Assembly: GCA_964016885.1 (NCBI GenBank)
Contig: OZ024746.1
Span: 99,510,001-99,574,000, forward strand
Direction of reading: 5' to 3'
DNA: 64,000 nt
DNA from: Eledone cirrhosa
Lineage: Eukaryota
In this document: piece after piece, positions 11,926 to 27,589 of the stretch
Layout: the number at the start of each line of letters is the position of its first letter
Position numbering within the stretch: the first letter of the stretch is position 1
Made by a program: the position numbers and the translations under genes
Notes under the pieces: generated by a model
Seen by the model: the letters and a program-made list of their open reading frames with translations, nothing else
The model's database searches: none
Told to the model about the DNA's origin: nothing

Positions 11926-11970
11926 GCTAACAGTGTTTCATCCATACCCTAGGACAGGAATCATCGGAGC
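11926..11970 (-). ncRNA. Hammerhead ribozyme with U4C core change
   Basis: Minus strand: GCT CCGATGA TTCC-TGTCCTAGGGTAT-GGAT GAAA CACTG TT AGC. Confidence 0.6.
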
Positions 11971-12203
11971 TTATAAACAAAAATATATATCAAAGGTTGC
12001 AGGCTCCACCGAGATCTGTCACTAGAACCTTTGATATATATTTTCGTTGCTTCAGACCACGCGGCTGAATTACCGGTCGCTATCTTCAATTTGCAAAGCC
12101 CTTTAAACTGTATGTTATTACTCTGAGGTCGAGTGCTTCGCTGCACTGATGAAGGCATTCGTCGGCTTAGCTGCGGCTCGAGCTTCGAATATGCTGTACT
12201 TTC

Positions 12204-12324
<121 letters not shown>

Positions 12325-12729
12325 GAAGATAAACGCACATGTAGAGACAGGGCTGGTGATTCAGAATGAGACGAATGTATGTTTACATGAAATAACAGTC
12401 AAAAACATTCCGAAAAAAAAAATCTACAATATAAGGGGTTCAGCAAAAGCAATATTATCGCGGTTTAAAAAAAAAAAAGACCGGGATTAGTCACAAATAA
12501 TTTTAAGCACTCTAGGAAAGAAATCCGAGTATAAATATAAATGAAAATATAGAAATAATTGTGAGCAAGAAGCCAACAGTATTCCATAATATATAAGTGA
12601 CTATAGCGTCAAAATGGAAAAATAGTTAACGTAAGACGTGGGAAAATAATACAAACTCAATTCAAAAAGAATTAGGATATAGATTCATCCACAGAATTTA
12701 GTGAAATCCAGGGAAAAATCAATAGAGCC

Positions 12730-12775
<46 letters not shown>

Positions 12776-12778
<3 letters not shown>

Positions 12779-12945
12779 CACTTCAATTTATTATAATAAA
12801 TTTATAAATTTCCGGTTGGTTGGTTGGTTCCACAACCAGATGATTGTTTATATATTGTTAAAGTTCTTCTGGTTGTGGAACCAACCAACCGGAAATTTAT
12901 AAATTCCTAAATTTATAAATTTATTATAATAAATTGAAGTGAAAG
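12776..12945. repeat. Palindrome next to (TA)n
   Basis: TTTCACTTCAATTTATTATAATAAATTTATAAATTTCCGGTTGG... and its reverse complement. Confidence 0.8.
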
Positions 12946-13055
12946 CAACTGGTGCGTGTGTTTCTTATTGGCAACATGACCTTCCCAAAGTATAACAATA
13001 TCGGTTTCAACACACGTTTTCAGATAAAGAATCTTGCTAAACAAATTCAGAAACG

Positions 13056-13134
<79 letters not shown>

Positions 13135-13154
13135 CATACATATATATATATATG

Positions 13155-13833
<679 letters not shown>

Positions 13834-13856
13834 TATATATATACAGTATATATATA

Positions 13857-13893
<37 letters not shown>

Positions 13894-14084
13894 TGCCCCA
13901 GCATGGCCTCAGCCGGATGGCTGAAACAGGTAAAAGAGTAAAAGAGTATATATATATATACAGTATATATATAATTGCAACTTGAGTCTTTTTAAGAATA
14001 TTTTTTGTTTCCTTTACCGGTTTCACAGTTCTTATGCTTTTTAAAAGTAGAGTTGAGATGGAGTGTTTGTGGTTTGTCTCGTAA

Positions 14085-14585
14085 AGGAAACAAATTGTTG
14101 TTGAAGAGGAGGGTTTTCCGGCAGTGAGCGATGATTTTCCTGTCTAAACCACCGACGGTAGTGTAAGTGGTGGCAAAGTCCAACGCTTTGTTTAACAGGG
14201 TCTCTGAGATCGACGGGTAACATTCTACAATGTCAAACTGTGTGAACTTCGCTTTTTTGGATTTGAAGGAGTTAAACCATTTAATTACGGAGTCACTGTT
14301 CTCCCACTGGGACAGGTTGGACTTGGTCCTAATGGTCTTAACTATGTTTCTAAGTATGGCCTTACTGACTACTCCCATATCTGTGCGTGCCGGGTTTAGT
14401 AGTCTACATGTGGGGTTAGAAGTAAAGTCCACCTTGCGATCTTTCAGGGTGAGGAACGCCTCGCGCTTAGCTAAGCCTTGTAGCTTCTTATCTACCTTAA
14501 GGGCGGCAGCAGGGTCTTTTTCTTCTGTATTGATGTCGTGTAGGCATAGGGTTAGCCTTCTTATATTTAGAGGTAATAGCGTTAA
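14085..14585 (-). mobile_element. Penelope-like (Naiad-type) reverse transcriptase fragment
   Basis: EAFLTLKDRKVDFTSNPTCRLLNPARTDMGVVSKAIL...SQWENSDSVIKWF...FTQFDIVECYPSISETLLNKALDFA; truncated at both ends. Confidence 0.85.
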
Positions 14586-14617
14586 GTAAAAACATATACA
14601 TACATATACACACACAC

Positions 14618-15655
<1,038 letters not shown>

Positions 15656-15942
15656 TAACTCGTGCGCCTCCACTCCACATTTTATTATATATATATATAT
15701 ATATATATATGGTAAATTTCTTTAAGTCGTTTGGAAGCCTCGACAATGCAGATGGGTAAATCTCCCGGTAACAAGATCCGGTGGTGGAGAGAGAGATGTA
15801 AGTGGGTGTACGTTGAGATGCGTGGCGTGTATAAGACTGTAACGTGTAGAGGAATGAAGGAATGAGCGTAAAGGATAAAAATAAAAATAACAAGACGGAA
15901 AGAGTTACCTTGGGAGAGATTTAATTGTCCCTATATATTTCG

Positions 15943-16023
<81 letters not shown>

Positions 16024-16535
16024 ATGCAGATAATTATGGTTTTTATCTGTGAAGGTTTTAAAGCTGCCCAAAAGCGCTCAACGTCAGTAGTGTATCCCCA
16101 GCTAAATTATGGTGATTAAGTGTGCCACTACACACACTCACAAGCATGATGTAAAACTTAACAGAATAGATAAGGTGCCATAGCAAGAAGATATGATCAG
16201 TCCCCACTACGAAATTGTTTCCTGGTTGCTGACAAAATCTCATTGTAAAGGTCAACATTTTATAATTATTCTCTTTTGTTGCTTTGTTATGAAACCCCGG
16301 CTGTCAACATTACACTTTCATATAAATTTCATTATGTCAGGTACCGTTTATTTGCGTTTTCAATTATGAAATAATTTCTTCTTAACTTCTGCACTTGAGA
16401 GGTTGTGTAACCGATATAAATATATCATACGAATTACCACATATGAAGATGTTCATGAATTTAGATGAGTATTGCCTCAACAAAAGCAATAATTACACAC
16501 ACACACTCACACGTACACACACACACATATACACA

Positions 16536-16606
<71 letters not shown>

Positions 16607-16692
16607 TTATTTACGTAGCATATGTGCATAAACGCACCTGTACCGTGTCGTATTTGTGACAGTATTGTATAAGCTCAATGTACGAGAACAGA

Positions 16693-16787
16693 GCCGTTAT
16701 ATGTAAAAGAAATCAAAGAACGCCTACATACTCATACAATTTTATATGAGTATGTAGGCGTTCTTTGATTTCTTTTACATATAACGG
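16693..16787. repeat. Hairpin palindrome
   Basis: CCGTTATATGTAAAAGAAATCAAAGAACGCCTACATACTCATA and its reverse complement. Confidence 0.85.
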
Positions 16788-16802
16788 ATCTGTTCCTATA
16801 TA

Positions 16803-17010
16803 TAGGAAAAGAGTCAGGATCCCGACGGCTGAGCTCCAGCCGTTTCGACAGCTAGATCCGAGAGAGAGTGAATTCGGATCTAGCTATCGAAACGGTCGGA
16901 GCTCATCGGTCGAGGTCCTGACTCTTTTCCTATTACCCACTCTACTACCCTAAGTATCGAGTACTCTGGTGCGTTATGGTCTACCTGGTATCTTACCATA
17001 CCTTCTTTGT

Positions 17011-17015
<5 letters not shown>
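16803..17015. mobile_element. 5'-truncated pLTR with fold-back of a hammerhead 3' half
   Basis: GAAA CGGCTGGAGCTCAGCCG TC GGG on the minus strand and a decayed copy on the plus strand. Same family as 18477 and 24348. Confidence 0.65.
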
Positions 17016-17041
<26 letters not shown>

Positions 17042-17174
17042 ATGTGTGTGTATGTGTGTGTGTGTGTGGTGTACCTTATTGTTATGGAAATGACTTTTAC
17101 ACTTCTAGAACTATTTAATTTGAAAGAAATGCTCAGAGTCCAGTACTTATTTAGGACTGATACTTATATCGACA

Positions 17175-17505
17175 GGCAGTGAATTGGCAGTCATTAGAAC
17201 GTCAGATAGAATACTTTATGCAATTCCTTCCAGCTCTCTGCTCTGAGTTCAAATCCCGCCGAGGTTAACTTTGCCTTTCATCCTTTCGAGGTCGATAAAA
17301 AAAGTACCAGTCTAGTACTGGGGTCGATTCTTCCTCTATATCAACTTCTCGTTGCCTCTCTCTCACTTTCTATCTTTCTCGGGAAGAAATCTGCTGTCCT
17401 CAGGCCTGGAGAGGGATGGGCTCCACCAGGCTTAAAATGCCCAAGAAATGCCATATGTCAATACGGCGCCCCTACGACCCTATCAGGCATTACGGGACCA
17501 TACCA
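17175..17505 (+). mobile_element. tRNA-derived SINE, unexpanded form with a single 29-mer
   Basis: GGCAGTGAATTGGCAGTCATTAGAACGTCAGATAGAAT, B box GAGTTCAAATCC, same tail as 7330-7520. Confidence 0.85.
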
Positions 17506-17529
17506 TACATACTTACATCGATGTCACAA

Positions 17530-17589
<60 letters not shown>

Positions 17590-17590
<1 letters not shown>

Positions 17591-18370
17591 CTAGCTAAAG
17601 TACCCGTCCTTTGGACGGTTCAAGTAGCTTTCGATGTAGCTCATTAAACTAAACAAAGTAAATTTGAATACATAGAAGAAAAACGTACTTTATGTAAATA
17701 TGAAAACCTTAGGCACTATTCCAGCGAAATAATTAATATGTGAGCTCGGTGTCATCCGTTATACCATGTAACAACAGAAATCCAATCTAGGTATAAATTT
17801 GCTTGACAACAGTAAAAGCGCATCATGAAATAGAGAAGTGAAGTGAATAATAGACACTAGTATGTACAAAGCATAATATTGTAAAAGTTATGACATCACT
17901 TAATGTATGAACATCAAGCTTGAAACGATACAATGTCAAATCTATAACTTAACTTAGTAATCTGTTAGAAATTGCTGGTTGTGAAATATACAAAATGATA
18001 TTGTTAGTCTCAAGGAAGCGTACCTTTTGTTTCAAGTACAAAGGGTAAACTAAAATCCGAATGAGCCGAATTACGAAAGATAACTCTTGTCTTACTTAAT
18101 CACGAAAATTCACACAAATAACCGAACATTTTTTAATGTCTCCAAAGGCCCCAATATCGATTTATGAAAGCCTTTTTAGATCATGTACAGGTTTTGTGTT
18201 AGGTAATGTTTTAGATCATGTACAGGTTTTGTGTTATGTAATGTTTTAGATCATGTACAGGTTTTGTGTAAAAAATTTCAAAGAAATCGCATGAATGGTT
18301 TAGAATATATGAGCCCTCATTACAAATTGTCCACACACACATACATACAGAAAACTTCGTCTTTATATAC
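17590..18370 (-). mobile_element. Non-autonomous Helitron-like element
   Basis: Plus-strand ACTAG...CCGTCCTTTGGACGG gives a 3' hairpin plus CTAG end on the minus strand. The other end has AAATTTCAAAGAAATCG...ACATACATACAG...TTTATAT, typical of such elements. Confidence 0.6.
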
Positions 18371-18388
18371 ACACACACACATATATAT

Positions 18389-18473
<85 letters not shown>

Positions 18474-18476
18474 TAT

Positions 18477-18662
18477 AGGAACCAGTAAGACCCCGACAGC
18501 TGAGCTCAAGCCGTTTCGACGGCTAATTCCAGAATTAGCCGTCGAAACGGCTTGAGCACAGCTGTCGGGGTCTTACTGGTTCCTATTACCCACTCTACTA
18601 CCTCAAGTATTGAGTACTTTGGTGCGTTATGGTCCACCTGGTTCCTTACCACATTTCCTTCG

Positions 18663-18663
<1 letters not shown>
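18477..18663. mobile_element. Fold-back of a hammerhead 3' half plus pLTR tail between (TA)n tracts
   Basis: Palindrome centred on AATTCCAGAATT; each arm carries GAAA CGGCTTGAGCWCAGCTG TC GGGGTC. Confidence 0.75.
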
Positions 18664-18695
<32 letters not shown>

Positions 18696-19215
18696 AATAT
18701 ATTCAAATGTCTCACAATTTCAAACAATGCTACAAGATAATACATGCTGCTAATCGCTAATAAAATGTTTGACACATGTGTTTACAAATATATATGATAG
18801 CTATAAAGATATTTTCTTTTATATCTATGATAACATTTATTGATGTCTATGTATGTGCTTCTAAAACATTTGAAAGCCAGCAATTGATAGTTGTTATTAA
18901 GTTTTTGTAGTCTCGGTACTTGGAGACGGTCACATTTTATTTAAAATAAACAGGTTGGCAAATTATTTAAAAAATTTAATAGGTTGTATAAAGTGCTCGT
19001 TCCCATAAAAAGAAACTTATAAATGAATATAGAAATACACGTACAGTGGAAAAGGATTGGCAGTGATTGGGAAGGATAAGGAGGGAGAGAGAGAGAGAGT
19101 GAGAGAGAAATAACTGTTATCAATTTGACACAGTCATATACGTAATACAATAAGAGATAAAATGTTAAATTCGTGTGTCTGTAAATCGGTGGCCGATTAT
19201 ATATATATATATATA

Positions 19216-19930
19216 TATAAAATTGCAAGTTTGAAGAATTATTAGATAAAATATATCCAATCTTTCTTCACCCTAGTCCGTAGAGATGAACCACATAAAT
19301 AATCATTTAAACGAGGCTATAAGTTTTAAATGTAACTTTGAAGAAATAATAGACAAACGATACAGACTATTTTCCGCGAGGAACAGTCAGATAAAATTTA
19401 TCTAGTCTTTCCTGTAGAAATTAACTAGACAAATAATCAATTAAACGGAGCTAAGTCTGTCTAAATATATGTCTAAATATATACATATATCCCTATGAAT
19501 TTAATATATACTCCCGTTCGGTAGAGTAAAACTTTCTGGCTACTTTTTCTAGCAGCCAGCCTACCTGCCACCTGGCCACTATTCACAACCTTCTACTTTG
19601 ACCACTAGCCACGTGATAATTCTTAGCTATTTTTTAATTCATTTCTGGCGGAGATCACTGTGGAAATTTTAGTCCAAACCTGAGGGGTCTCTAAGCTGTA
19701 AGCCTCCTGGATAATACCAAGACCGGACATATCCACAAAGTACGAGCGAAACTATCGATAGTCGGGACTAGATGAATTTTGGTAAAGTTTATATGCATTT
19801 TTTCTTCTAACTTCTATTTTAGACTTAGCTCCGTTTAAATGATTATTTATCTAGTTGATTTCTACGGACTAGGGTGAAGAAAGACTGGATAAATTTTATC
19901 TAATAATTCTTCAAACTTGCAATTTTATAT
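19216..19930. mobile_element. pLTR-like element with inverted ends and a decayed hammerhead at 19670-19770
   Basis: 19216-19290 is the reverse complement of 19855-19930. Motif: TAGTCC..CTGAGGG GTCTC...GAGC GAAA CTATCGATAG TC GGGACTA. Confidence 0.55.
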
Positions 19931-20454
19931 ATAGCTCTGATTAATAATTATTTGCTTAATTAAATTTTTCATTGAGCCACACCGTGAAAGGTAGCCACAC
20001 CCATATATGTATCTGTGACTATGTCTAAATATACACATATATCCCTATGCATTTTATATATATATGTGTATATATATATAAAGCTTATTATTTTTTATAA
20101 GCAGACAGTATTATTGATTTAGGTGTCGCAGAAAGCCTATATCGGATTTTACCATCATTCCCGTGGGTCCGGGTAAATATTTCAATCATATCTTATTTTG
20201 ATTGATCCGCTTAGCTTGCTCGCTTTTTTGGCTTAATGGGTTCTTAACCCTCGTCTCAGTTTTGTGTGGCCTTTTTAACTTATGTTTATATCTCTGGTAT
20301 CTTCATATCCATTGAGCGCTCGCCAACACAATTCGGAAGTTGCGTTTCGCTAATTTCTACTATATATATAAATATAAATTTAGCGAGAATCGCATTTCGG
20401 CGAGTAGAAATTATCGAAACGCAACTTCCCAATATATATATATATATTAATATA

Positions 20455-20769
<315 letters not shown>

Positions 20770-20887
20770 ATGTGTAATATATATGAAGCCTTGTTCAATG
20801 AATGGGTGAAAACATTTTGAAGTTTTTAGTAAAAACAGTTCAAAAATGCACAAATGGCGATTTAAAATCAAATTATAGCATGGCAAA

Positions 20888-23675
20888 TTGGCAGAGTCGT
20901 TAGAACGTCAGATAGAATGGTAGAGTGGTTAGAACGTCAGATAGAATGGTAGAGTAGTTAGAACGTCAGATAGAATGGTAGAGTGGTTATAACGTCAGAT
21001 AGAATGGTAGAGTGGTTAGAACGTCAGATAGAATGGTAGAGTGGTTAGAACGTCAGATAGAATGGTAGAGTGGTTATAACGTCGGATAGAATGGCCGAGT
21101 GGTTAGAACGTCAGATAGAATGGTAGAGTGGTTAGAACGTCAGATAGAATGGTAGAGTGTTTAGAACGTCAGATAGAATGGTAGAGTGATTAGAACGTCA
21201 GATAGAATGGTAGAGTGGTTAGAACGTCAGATAGAATGGTAGAGTAGTTAGAACGTCGGATAGAATGGCCGAGTGGTTAGAACGTCAGATAGAATGGTAG
21301 AGTGGTTAGAACGTCAGATAGAATGGTAGAGTAGTTAGAACGTCAGATAGAATGGTAGAGTGGTTAGAACGTCAGATAGAATGGTAGAGTAGTTAGAACG
21401 TCAGATAGAATGGTAGAGTGGTTAGAACGTCAGATAGAATGGTAGAGTAGTTAGAACGTCAGATAGAATGGTAGAATGGTTAGAACGTCGGATAGAATGG
21501 TAGAGTGGTTAGAACGTCAGATAGAATAGTAGAGTGGTTAGAACGTCAGATAGAATGGTAGAGTGGTTAGAACGTCGGATAGAATGGCAGAGTCGTTAGA
21601 ACGTCGGATAGAATGGCAGAGTCGTTAGAACGTCAGATAGAATGGTAGAGTGGTTAGAACGTCAGATAGAATGGTAGAGTAGTTAGAACGTCAGATAGAA
21701 TGGTAGAGTGGTTAGAACGTCAGATAGAATGGCAGAGTCTTTAGAACGTCGGATAGAATGGCAGAGTCTTTAGAACGTCGGATAGAATGGCAGAATCGTT
21801 AGAACGTCGGATAGAATGGCAGAGTCTTTAGAACGTCGGATAGAATGGCAGAGTCGTTAGAACGTCAGATAGAATGACAGAGTCTTTAGAACGTCGGATA
21901 GAATAGTAGAGTGGTTAGAACGTCGGATAGAATGGCAGAGTCTTTAGAACGTCGGATAGAATGGTAGAGTGGTTAGAACGTCAGATAGAATGGCAGAGTC
22001 TTTAGAACGTCGGATAGAATGGCAGAGTGGTTAGAACGTCGGATAGCATGGCAGAGTTGTTAGAACGTCAGATAGAATGGTAGAGTGGTTAGAACGTCGG
22101 ATAGAATGGCAGAGTGGTTAGAACGTCGGATAAAATGGCAGAGTGGTTAGAACGTCTGATAGAATGGTAGAGTAGTTAGAACGTCAGATAGAATGGCAGA
22201 GTCTTTAGAACGTCAGATAAAATGGTAGAGTGGTTAGAACGTCAGATAAAATGGTAGAGTGGTTAGAACGTCAGATAAAATGGTAGAGTGGTTAGAACGT
22301 CAGATAGAATGGTAGAGTTGTTAGAACGTCAGATAGAATGGTAGAGTGGTTAGAACGTCAGATAGAATGGTAGAGTGGTTAGAACGTCAGATAAAATGGT
22401 AGAGTGGTTAGAACGTCAGATAGAATGGTAGAGTGGTTAGAACGTCTGATAGAATGGTAGAGTGGTTAGAACGTCAGATAGAATGGTAGAGTGGTTAGAA
22501 CGTCTGATAGAATGGCAGAGTGGTTAGAACGTCTGATAGAATGGCAGAGTGGTTAGAACGTCGGATAGAATGGTAGAGTGGTTAGAACGTCAGATAGAAT
22601 GGTAGAGTGGTTAGAACGTCAGATAGAATGGCACAGTGGTTAGAACGTCAGATAGAATGGTAGAGTGGTTAGAACGTCAGATAGAATGGCCGAGTGGTTA
22701 GAACGTCAGATAGAATGGTAGAGTGGTTAGAACGTCAGATAGAATGGTAGAGTAGTTAGAACGTCAGATAGAATGGTAGAGTGGTTAGAACGTCAGATAG
22801 AATGGTAGAGTAGTTAGAACGTCAGATAGAATGGTAGAGTGGTTAGAACGTCAGATAGAATGGTAGAGTGGTTAGAACGTCAGATAGAATGGTAGAGTAG
22901 TTAGAACGTCAGATAGAATGGTAGAATGGTTAGAACGTCGGATAGAATGGTAGAGTGGTTAGAACGTCAGATAGAATAGTAGAGTGGTTAGAACGTCAGA
23001 TAGAATGGCAGAGTGGTTAGAACGTCAGATAGAATGGTAGAGTGGTTAGAACGTCGGATAGAATGGCAGAGTGGTTAGAACGTCAGATAGAATGGCAGAG
23101 TGGTTAGAACGTCAGATAGAATGGTAGAGTGGTTAGAACGTCGGATAGAATGGCAGAGTCGTTAGAACGTCGGATAGAATGGCAGAGTTGTTAGAACGTC
23201 AGATAGAATGGTAGAGTGGTTAGAACGTCGGATAGAATGGCAGAGTGGTTAGAACGTCAGATAGAATGGTAGAGTGGTTAGAACGTCAGATAAAATGGTA
23301 GAGTGTTTAGAACGTCTGATAGAATGGCAGAGTGGTTAGAACTTCAGATAGAATGGCAGAGTGGTTAGAACGTCGGATAGAATGGTAGAGTGGTTTGAAC
23401 GTCAGATAGAATGGCAGAGTGGTTAGAACGTCGGATAGAATGGTAGAGTGGTTAGAACGTCAGATAGAATGGCCGAGTGGTTAGAACGTCAGATAGAATG
23501 GCAGAGTGGTTAGAACGTCGGATAGAATGGTAGAGTGGTTAGAACATCAGATAGAATGGCAGAGTCTTTAGAACGTCAGATAAAATGGTAGAGTGGTTAG
23601 AACGTCAGATAAAATGGTAGAGTGGTTAGAACGTCTGATAGAATGGCAGAGTGGTTAGAACGTCGGATAGAATGG
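20888..23675 (+). repeat. 29-bp minisatellite, about 96 copies, same SINE A-box unit as 5699-7228
   Basis: Tandem repeat read directly; begins at a SINE-like head (GGCAAATTGGCAGAGTCGTTAG); no downstream SINE body. Confidence 0.95.
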
Positions 23676-24347
23676 TTACTTCGTACGAACTTTCATGTAG
23701 CTTGGATAAGATCTCTTAGAGTTAGCATTAGTATATATTTTTTTCGGGACTCAGAATTATTATCTCGTACTAGTTTACTTTGCTGCACTGGGTGGTTGCT
23801 GGCATTGTGCCCGGGATAGAAACCTTTATTATTTATTTCGTGGTAGTCTCTTTAGTATTTTGGCCCCATTTGTTGACCCGTCACCGTATGATTTACGTAG
23901 TTATACCTCTTAAAAGGATCCTTGCCTATTCCGTCCCACCTAGTTCATTTACTTATTTCGTTACCTCTTTATTTCTTTCTTTACTTCTTTCTTTCTTTCT
24001 TTATTTATTTATCTAGCCTAACAATAGCCTGAGACTTAGGTCGTAGAACTTGCTTTACTTTTTTCTTTACACTTATTCGCTTTTCTTCACTCTCAGTATT
24101 TTTTCTTTCTTATATATTTTTACCCCTCATTGTTCTACCTACCGTTCCGACTCCCCCCCCTCCCCTCCCCAGTATCTTCTTTGACCTCATGCCCAGCTGT
24201 AGCTGGCACTACCAACGCTTGATTGGGTCTACTCCACCCCCTCCCCTCTTTCTCCTACTGGCAGGTTTAGCCACCATCTCCCCTACTAATTTGCAATCAC
24301 AGAATTACTACTGACTTTTGACAATCACTTTGACCATATATGGAATT

Positions 24348-24441
24348 ACCCCTTGAGAAGATCGGCTATTTAAATACCAGGCTAAATTTTCATTTAGTCC
24401 AGAATTAGCCGTCGAAACGGCTTGAGCTCAGCCGTCGGGGT
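24348..24441 (+). ncRNA. Decayed hammerhead with long branched stem II
   Basis: ACCCC TTGAGAA GATCGGCTA...TAGCCGTC GAAA CGGC-TTGAGCTCA-GCCG TC GGGGT. All three stems are intact but the CUGANGA box is corrupted. Confidence 0.55.
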
Positions 24442-24451
24442 CTTACTGGTT

Positions 24452-24504
<53 letters not shown>

Positions 24505-24506
24505 TT

Positions 24507-24604
24507 CTGATGATCTGGTTAAGCTAACAACGTATTTAAAATTGAGTGGCACTGCTTCAAGTGTTGAGCAATTTTTAGACAACTTAATCAGTGAAACAAT
24601 TGTT
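24507..24604 (+). ncRNA. Hammerhead core with about 80-nt stem II; 5' strand of stem I lost
   Basis: CTGATGA T CTGGTTAAG...CTTAATCAG T GAAA CAATTG TT. The downstream pLTR tail is shared with 39552-39795. Confidence 0.7.
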
Positions 24605-24982
24605 AATACTGTAAATAAAACCATTTTTTGTACTGTTGACTATGTTATTCTTCACTCTTTCAATATTATTACTCCAAGATAAGCTTACATAGGAATGCAA
24701 GAGAACTCATAAACTCGCCACCTACGTAAACCTCTTGTTGAGCCAAACAACGCCGTACGCTAAAACTATCCATAATGCGAAGTATTCACAATCTCTAACT
24801 GGATTACCTATAACGATATTTTGTTATCCCTTATATATATATATATGTATATATATATATAGGAGGTGAGTTTTATTGTAGCACAATAAAGCAATGCAAA
24901 TATCGGATAAGTAGCACTCAACAGTTTATAGGACTGGAGTATAAATAATATAAAATCAAAAGATAGTTAAAAGAGTTCCATG

Positions 24983-25053
24983 TATTGTATTATGCGCATT
25001 TCAAAAACAAATATCATCATGGGATGATATTTGCGTTCTCATCAGATAAAATA
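24983..25053 (-). ncRNA. Type I hammerhead (copy of 770-840)
   Basis: CTGATGA...GAAA TGCGCA TA ATACAATA on the minus strand. Confidence 0.78.
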
Positions 25054-25286
25054 GGGAGACATGATATGAAGCTTAAAAATCACTTGCGAGCAGTGAAGTG
25101 TTAAATCAACATGAAAAATAAAATAAGATGGATATATGAGATTGGAAAAAAGGAAAGGAAGGGGGGAAGGAAAAGGTAAGGAAGAGGAAGAAAGAATATA
25201 GATAGAAGAAAAAATATAATAATAAGGAAAGGATGACGGAGGAGGAGTATAAGAAGGAGGGATGAGAGGAGGAGGAGAAAATGAAT

Positions 25287-25333
<47 letters not shown>

Positions 25334-26187
25334 TTTAATACTGAGAAACACTGTCTCACAGAGAAAAAGAAAAAAAAACCGTTCTAAGATAATACATAAT
25401 TTAAAAAAATTTAAGAAATTAAAAGTTAATGAGGTTAATGAATAGTGATGCTTATGATTAAAGAAAAAGGAATTAAGAATACTATTTATTTAAGGTTTAT
25501 ATATTGAAGGGTTTAATAAGATGTGCGAAAAGGAATTTATTAAAATGTATTATTAAAATAAAATATATTAAGAAGATAAGGTGAATGAAGATAAGGTTAA
25601 ATGAATTATGAACTTACAGGAATTAATTAGGGTCCTAATTAATTCCTCTAAGTTCATAATTCATTTAACTTTATCTTCATTCACCTTATCTTCTTAATAT
25701 ATTTTATTTTAATAATACATTTTAATAAATTCTTTTTCGCACATCTTATTAAAGCCTTCAATATATAAACCTTAAATAAATAGTATTCTTAATTCCTTTT
25801 TCTTTAATCATAAGCATCACCATTCATTAACCTCATTAACTTTTAATTTCTTAAATTTTTTTAAATTATGTATTATCTTAGAACGGTTTTTTAAAATGTT
25901 TCTCTGTGAGACAGTGTTTCTCAGTATTAAAGGTTATCTCTCTCTCTCTCTCTCTCACTCATTTTCTCCTCCTCTCTCATCCCTCCTTCTTATACTCCTT
26001 CTCCGTCATCCTTTCCTTATTATATTTTTTTCTTCTATGTATATTTTTTCTTCCTCTTCCTTACCTTTTCTTTCCCCCTTCCTTTCCTTTTGTCCAATCT
26101 CATATATCCCTCTAATTTTAATTTTCATATGTTGATTTGACACTTTACTGCTCGGAAGTGTTTTTTAAGCTTCCTATCATGTCTCCC

Positions 26188-26258
26188 TATTTTATTTGAT
26201 GAGAACGCAAATATCACCCCATGATGATATTTGTTTTTGAAATGCGCATAATAAAATA
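26188..26258 (+). ncRNA. Hammerhead, inverted partner of 24983-25053, with C3U change
   Basis: TATTTTAT TTGATGA GAACGCAAATATCA...TGATATTTGTTTTT GAAA TGCGCA TA ATAAAATA. Confidence 0.65.
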
Positions 26259-26500
26259 CATGGAACTCTTTTAACCATCTTTTGATTTTATATTATATAT
26301 ATATATAGGTGTGTATGTGTATGTGTACTCTGTATGTGTTTATGTAGGAGTGTATGTATACGTGTGTATACAGATAAGGTAGAACGTCCAGTGACAAGGC
26401 GAAACTATAAGTTTTTGATGCATTAACAGTAGTGTAGTGTCACATTAAACCTTTATTTGATTTAAATGAATCATAAAGCTTAATTGATGTTTTCTCTTGA

Positions 26501-27050
26501 CTAGCAGAAAAACCACCCTTCGAGTGGTTTTCTGCTAGCATGTGTAGTGTGTATATTGATATTATACGCAAGTATATATACATGTAGATATGATACATCA
26601 AATAAAATCGCCACCAGAAGTGTTGACATCACACACTCTCTCTTTCTATATATATATGGTAGTTGAAGAGGTGGTGGTGGTGGCAACGATATACCGGAAG
26701 TGTTGACATCACACACTCTTTCTTTCTCTATATATATGGTAGTTGAAGTCGTGGTGCGACGATATACTGGAAGTGCAACTTTGAAAAGAAGTCAATTTTA
26801 AATTATTTATTTTTACGAAATTATTTTTGTTTACGAAATTTAGTAGATAAATTATGTAATATTCATTCCTTATTTATTCATCCTTACTTTGCCTTTTATC
26901 CTTAGAGGGTCGATAAAATAAAGTACCAGTAATACACTGGGATAATTGCTGGCCTTGTGTCCAAAGTAGAAACAATTATTTATTCAAAGTAATCCAACTT
27001 ATTTTACTAACGGGATAAAAAAAATAAACAGTACACAGTCCCGCAGACCT
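26501..27050 (-). mobile_element. Dispersed repeat with terminal hairpin plus CTAG (Helitron/Helentron-like), interrupted by a SINE fragment
   Basis: CTAGCAGAAAA..TTTTCTGCTAG hairpin; reverse-complement homologue at about 42220-42722. Confidence 0.5.
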
Positions 27051-27231
27051 TCCTTTATTATAGTTCCCGCCGAGGTTAACTTTGCCTTTCATTCTTACGG
27101 GGTCGATAAAATAAAGTACCAGTAATACACTGAGTATTTGGTGGCCTTGTGCCCAAAATAGAAACAATTATAGTTTAGATAACAAAATTTCAAGAATGTG
27201 TTCTTCCTGTTCTTCAAACATATGATTTTTA

Positions 27232-27349
<118 letters not shown>

Positions 27350-27589
27350 GTGTGTGTGTGTGTGCGCGTGTGCACGCGCGCGCCCGCGTGTGTCTATGTT
27401 ATAATATTTGTAAATCGAACATTAGCTGCAGTACAGCAAGTAGTATCCGATTTCAGGCAATCACAAAGCTCTCAATGGCTCGAAAGTTAAAACCCCAGAT
27501 TAAGTCCACAGTTAAGACCGTACTTATAAACTGACAGAAGGAACAAACAATACAACAAAATTACGATAGATATAGAAAGGTTTTTATGT

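Larger units (their letters stand above)
24861..26295. mobile_element. 1.4-kb fold-back of the pLTR/3' region of the PLE family at 1-1380
   Basis: Centre AATTAATTAG-GGTC-CTAATTAATT at about 25632; arms homologous to 649-1275; flanked by (TA)n. Confidence 0.9.

Noticed and set aside
20318-20432. Three-way-junction-like fold with GAAA CGCAA..TTGTG TT
   Set aside because: No CUGANGA box; explained by local inverted duplication. At most a 3' half.
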